DNA from: Patescibacteria group bacterium
GTDB taxonomy: Bacteria > Patescibacteriota > Minisyncoccia > Phycocordibacterales > UBA9973
Direction: 5' to 3'
NCBI GenBank assembly: GCA_028865035.1
Contig: JAGWLB010000002.1
Location: 49,531-113,530, forward strand
DNA: 64,000 bases
This document shows, in pieces, positions 60,008 through 64,000 of this stretch. Made by a program: the position numbers and the translations under genes. The notes beneath the pieces were generated by a model. It saw only the letters and a program-made list of their open reading frames with translations. It searched no databases and was not told where the DNA came from. Position 1 is the stretch's first letter. Every line of letters begins with the position of its first letter.

Positions 60008-60418
60008 TTAATTGGAATGCTGATAATTAGTAATAGCTTGTTTTATTTCAAATATAAATACTGACGGACTAATATTTTTTCGTTTTACATACTCGCTGAT
60101 ACGAATATTAGGATATTTTTTATCGTCAATATTTAGAGAAGTTTTCAGGTAATCTGGTGGTAATTTAAATATGAAATTTAAATAATCAAATGTCATCCAA
60201 ATTCTAATACTATTTATAGTAACAGGAGTACGAAAGTGAGATATATATCCATTATTTATATTCAAATCTTCCGCATTGTCCAGATATTTTACAGATTGAA
60301 TAAACCACAAAAATGATAATATGCATAATATTATCAACAAGATAATCCCCAATTTTTTTAATAACAGATTTTTATATTTGTGAAATTTATTCATATGTAT
60401 GTTTATTGTATCATTCAA
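60008..60418 (-). CDS. hypothetical membrane protein (136 aa)
   Basis: ORF abuts the DedA gene; one TM helix. Confidence 0.4.
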   Translation of the reverse strand: MNDTINIHMNKFHKYKNLLLKKLGIILLIILCILSFLWFIQSVKYLDNAEDLNINNGYISHFRTPVTINSIRIWMTFDYLNFIFKLPPDYLKTSLNIDDKKYPNIRISEYVKRKNISPSVFIFEIKQAITNYQHSN

Positions 60419-60556
60419 ACAAAAACTAAAATAGTACGTAAATCATAGTACAATCTAGAAGAGGTGATTTGTTGACATATCTAGTAATATTATGTAATAT
60501 TTACACATAAATACTAATTTATGTGTTTATTTATTATTTAATAAGAGATAATATAT

Positions 60557-61264
60557 ATGTCTAATAAAACTAATAATTTCAGCATAAATGTTTTACTCAC
60601 AATACTTTTTCTTGCAACTTTTATAGCAAGTGGTTTCATAATTAATAGCAAAATTGTATTTGCAGATACGACATCTTTAACTGCTACTGCTTCTCATATA
60701 GCATCTACAAAAACAATTATTTATGGGTTTAACGAACCTGTTCAACTCATTAGCCAATCTGATGGTCTTGCGTATCCTTTTACTAAAGACAAGTTTGCTA
60801 TTTACAAAGTAGATGCAAATGATAATTATAATTTATCGTCAAAAGCAAATGTAGATATTACTTCAGTTAGTTTGTCTTCAAATACGCTAACTATCACATA
60901 CTCTGGATCTCTCACACAAAGTACAAATACTAATTACATAGCAGATGCAATGGGTTATAATATTTCTGATTTAAATGGTAATAAGATTGAAAAATCAAAA
61001 CAAGTGTTTACTGTTGCTGGCAATCCTCAAAAAGTTCTCGGAGCAGAAACATTTCATTTCACACAATTCCTTAAGATAAACTCAAGAGGGAATGATGTTA
61101 TTGAACTTCAGAAATTTTTAAATTTAAATGGATATAATTGTGGTTTAGCAGATGGAATATATGGACCCAATACCAAGAATGCAGTTATGAAATTCCAAAA
61201 TGCTAATGGTTTGACAAGTGACGGTATGGTTGGTATTCAGACTCGTGGTGTATTAAATAAATAA
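60557..61264 (+). CDS. secreted protein with a C-terminal peptidoglycan-binding domain
   Basis: C-terminal GNDVIELQKFLNLNGY...DGIYGPNTKNAVMKFQ...DGMVG. Confidence 0.6.
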   Translation: MSNKTNNFSINVLLTILFLATFIASGFIINSKIVFADTTSLTATASHIASTKTIIYGFNEPVQLISQSDGLAYPFTKDKFAIYKVDANDNYNLSSKANVDITSVSLSSNTLTITYSGSLTQSTNTNYIADAMGYNISDLNGNKIEKSKQVFTVAGNPQKVLGAETFHFTQFLKINSRGNDVIELQKFLNLNGYNCGLADGIYGPNTKNAVMKFQNANGLTSDGMVGIQTRGVLNK

Positions 61265-61369
61265 TTTGTAAAGTCTACCTAGAAAACCCTGCATTTTAAT
61301 GCAGGGTTTTCTAATGTATAATAAATATGTATTTTTATACTCGAGATATGCTTAACAGATTCTTTATAT

Positions 61370-62038
61370 ATGAATGATAAGATAAAACAAATTGAAAATA
61401 TTGAAGATGTAGTTAACTATGTTTCTTCAGTTATAAATGAAAAACTACAACTTGGTAGAAATGTTCTTTGGTTTGTCTCAGGGGGTTCGGCTATTTCTCT
61501 CGAAGTTGCTATAGCTAAAAGAATTAATGTATTCGAGGCTAATAAATTAGCCGTAACTCTTGCAGACGAAAGATTTGTTAAAATAAATGACCCAGAATCA
61601 AATTGGTTTAAGTTAATTAAGGCAGGTTTTAGTATTAAAGATGCTAAATTCATACCTTTTTTGAAAGGAAAGAGTTTTACAGAAACAACGAATAGTATAA
61701 AAGAAGTATTAGAAGTAGAATTAAATAATGCTCAATATAAAATAGGAATATTTGGTATAGGAGCGGACGGTCATACGGCTGGTATTTTGCCTCACAGTAA
61801 AGCAATAAATAGTAAAGATATAATTTGTAATTATGAAACTGATTTGTATAATCGCATTACAATTACACCTAAAACTATTTCTATGCTAGACGAAGCAATT
61901 ATATCTGCAGTTGGTGAGTCAAAATGGAAAGTAATAAAAGATTTAGAACATTCTATACCCGTAAATGATATGCCTGCTCAAATTTTGAAACAAATACCAT
62001 TATTAACAATATTTACTGATTTTAAAAATAATATATGA
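61370..62038 (+). CDS. pgl: 6-phosphogluconolactonase
   Basis: Motifs GGSAISL and GIGADGHTAGILP of the NagB/Pgl family. Confidence 0.75.
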   Translation: MNDKIKQIENIEDVVNYVSSVINEKLQLGRNVLWFVSGGSAISLEVAIAKRINVFEANKLAVTLADERFVKINDPESNWFKLIKAGFSIKDAKFIPFLKGKSFTETTNSIKEVLEVELNNAQYKIGIFGIGADGHTAGILPHSKAINSKDIICNYETDLYNRITITPKTISMLDEAIISAVGESKWKVIKDLEHSIPVNDMPAQILKQIPLLTIFTDFKNNI

Positions 62039-62937
62039 AAATTGCAATAATTGGTCTAGGTAAAATGGGTTCTCAAATTGCTTCCAAATTACATAATGCT
62101 GGTCAAACAGTGATAGTTTACGACAGAAATGCAGATACTATAGATGAAATGAAGAAGTTGGGAATGATAGGTTCTAGTACAAAAGAAGAAGTTATTTCTG
62201 CTTTTTTAGATGATCAAGTTATTGTTTGGTTTATGATACCGTCTGAAATTATTGATAATGAATTAAGTATCTGGTTGAAGCTAATTCCAAACGGAAGTAT
62301 TTTGATTGACGGAGGGAATTCTAAATGGACTGACACAAAAAGAAGGGCTGAAGTTGTATCGAATAATGGATCAGCGCTTATTGACGTTGGCACAAGTGGT
62401 GGTATCTGGGGTTATCAAAATGGTTTTTCTATGATGGTTGGTGGTGATAAAAACTCTTTTAATATTATCAAACCCATACTTGATATATTAGAAAAACCAA
62501 GCGGAAAATATGAATATTTCGGTGAGAGTGGCTCAGGTCATTATGTTAAAATGATACATAACGCAATTGAATATGGAATGATGGAAAGTTTTGCCGAAGG
62601 TTATCGATTACTTAAGGAAGGTCCCTATAGAAATCTAGATTTAGTTAAGGCTGGTAATGTGTGGCAGCATCATAGTGTTATTACTTCTTGGCTTAATGAA
62701 TTGACTATGAATATTATTAGCAATAATCCCAATCAAGATGGAGTATCTGGTGTGGTTAAGGAATCAGGAGAAACACGTTGGGCTTTAGAAGTTGCCAAAG
62801 AGTATAATATAGAAACAAGTGTCATCTCAGCTGCTTTTGATGTTAGATTAGATTCACAAAAAGGTAAAGTTAATTTTGCTACCAAAATATTATCATCTAT
62901 GCGTAATGCTTTTGGAGGCCATAAAATAAATGAATAA
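62035..62937 (+). CDS. gnd: 6-phosphogluconate dehydrogenase, short NAD(P)-binding form (YqeC/GntZ-like)
   Basis: MKIAIIGLGKMGS Rossmann start and 6PGD C-terminal pattern. Confidence 0.75.
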   Translation: MKIAIIGLGKMGSQIASKLHNAGQTVIVYDRNADTIDEMKKLGMIGSSTKEEVISAFLDDQVIVWFMIPSEIIDNELSIWLKLIPNGSILIDGGNSKWTDTKRRAEVVSNNGSALIDVGTSGGIWGYQNGFSMMVGGDKNSFNIIKPILDILEKPSGKYEYFGESGSGHYVKMIHNAIEYGMMESFAEGYRLLKEGPYRNLDLVKAGNVWQHHSVITSWLNELTMNIISNNPNQDGVSGVVKESGETRWALEVAKEYNIETSVISAAFDVRLDSQKGKVNFATKILSSMRNAFGGHKINE

Positions 62938-64000
62938 TAAACCTACCATTCTTATAATTATTGGTATTTCAGGAGATTTATCAAAAAGAAAACTTTTGCC
63001 GGCTATTGGGCAAATTGGGGCAAATGGTAAGTTACCAGATTATTTTAAAATAGTTGGGGTAACTAGACAATCTGATATAAATTTAGAAAGTCTATTACAA
63101 AATACTATTAATAAAGATTGCTTACGTAAAAATACTGAAATCTTCCAAATGGACATAGAAGAAAGTATGGAATATAGAAGATTACAAGATCGTTTAAATG
63201 ATATAGAAAAAGAATTCGGGTCAACCTCTCAATATTTATTTTATTTTTCTGTCCCACCTAAGGTTACAGAATCCATTATTAAATTAATAGGTGAATCTGA
63301 TTTATTGAAACATGATATTAAACTTCTGCTAGAGAAACCATTTGGCACAGATTTAAAAAGTGCTAAAGATTTAATAATCTATATTGATAAATATTTTAAA
63401 AAAGAGCAAGTATACAGAATCGATCATTATTTAGCTAAAGAAGCAGCGCAGAATATTATAATTTTCCGTGATAGTAATTCTCTGTTTAAAAAAACTTGGA
63501 ATAAAAATTTTATAAAGAAGATTGAAATAAGTGTAAGCGAAGAAATAGGTATAGAAGGACGAGTTAAGTTTTATGAGCAGACTGGAGCATTGCGTGATCT
63601 TATCCAAAGTCATCTTTTGCAATTATTAGCTCTTGTTATTATGGATATACCCGAAAATTTTAATTTTAAAGAAATACCTCATTTAAGATATAAAGCTCTC
63701 AGTAATCTTCATTTGAAATCTGTAAAGTCGACACAGGATAGTGCTATTCGTGGTCAATACATAGGTTATCGTGAAGAGGTAAATAACTTAAACAGTATGA
63801 CAGAAACTTTTGCATCTATTAACCTAGAATCAGATGATCCAAATTGGAAAGATGTTGATATTAAATTAACTACAGGTAAAGCCTTAGATAAAAAATTTGC
63901 AGAAATTAAGATTTTATACAAAAAAATTAAAACTTATGAATCGAATGAACTATTGATAAATCTACAACCAAATGAAAAAATATCTTTAGGTATTTCAATA
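62930..64000 (+). CDS. zwf: glucose-6-phosphate dehydrogenase, 3'-truncated at the window edge
   Basis: GISGDLSKRKLLPA N-terminal motif and YRIDHYLAKE active-site motif; the start overlaps the gnd stop by 8 nt. Confidence 0.8.
   Translation, partial: MNNKPTILIIIGISGDLSKRKLLPAIGQIGANGKLPDYFKIVGVTRQSDINLESLLQNTINKDCLRKNTEIFQMDIEESMEYRRLQDRLNDIEKEFGSTSQYLFYFSVPPKVTESIIKLIGESDLLKHDIKLLLEKPFGTDLKSAKDLIIYIDKYFKKEQVYRIDHYLAKEAAQNIIIFRDSNSLFKKTWNKNFIKKIEISVSEEIGIEGRVKFYEQTGALRDLIQSHLLQLLALVIMDIPENFNFKEIPHLRYKALSNLHLKSVKSTQDSAIRGQYIGYREEVNNLNSMTETFASINLESDDPNWKDVDIKLTTGKALDKKFAEIKILYKKIKTYESNELLINLQPNEKISLGISI

Overview
This AT-rich window (about 30-35% GC by eye) looks like a reduced-genome bacterium of the Patescibacteria/CPR type. 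Supporting signs are a lone 16S rRNA gene with no linked 23S/5S, a short bifunctional Rel protein, unusual 16S sequence, many small hypothetical membrane or secreted proteins, and several secreted repeat proteins with C-terminal peptidoglycan-binding domains. The translation code appears standard, because long genes contain no in-frame TGA. Recognisable housekeeping genes are parB, rel, topA, dprA, serS, an FtsQ-like gene, dus, a short dnaX, an AI-2E permease, a P-type ATPase, rmuC, obg, secA, dnaE, rnhB, pepN, pcm, and the oxidative pentose-phosphate trio pgl-gnd-zwf (zwf runs off the 3' end of the window). RNA genes are 16S rRNA, RNase P RNA (rnpB) and four tRNAs: Tyr-GTA, Gln-TTG, Lys-CTT and Asn-GTT. 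The observations worth a second look are: (1) immediately downstream of tRNA-Asn, about 230 bp carrying near-exact copies of the most conserved 16S motifs (the 530 loop, the GGGCGTAAA box and the 1400 decoding region) in scrambled order, each matching the universal consensus better than this genome's own 16S; (2) after that, five small unrelated same-strand genes, three of them clearly (and a fourth weakly) preceded by a conserved 32-bp inverted repeat (CCGAAC-N10-GTTYGG); (3) a 16S whose 3' tail lacks the CCUCC anti-Shine-Dalgarno, together with many promoters positioned to make leaderless mRNAs; (4) an 18-21 bp GC-rich perfect palindrome present both as an in-frame insertion in topA and as an insertion in one copy of an intergenic promoter repeat, with a close relative inside rnpB; (5) two tRNAs (Gln, Tyr) each followed about 130-160 bp downstream by a degenerate duplicate of their own 3' end, the tRNA-Gln one starting an islet that encodes a 2H phosphoesterase, a pol-beta nucleotidyltransferase and a Nudix hydrolase, with a promoter-bearing direct-repeat family flanking the last three of its four genes; (6) an AT-rich 225-bp region with five TTTACAAAA motifs and one consensus DnaA box upstream of a 33-aa lysine-rich ORF that is not in the supplied track. 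I found no CRISPR array, transposase, integrase or reverse transcriptase in the window.
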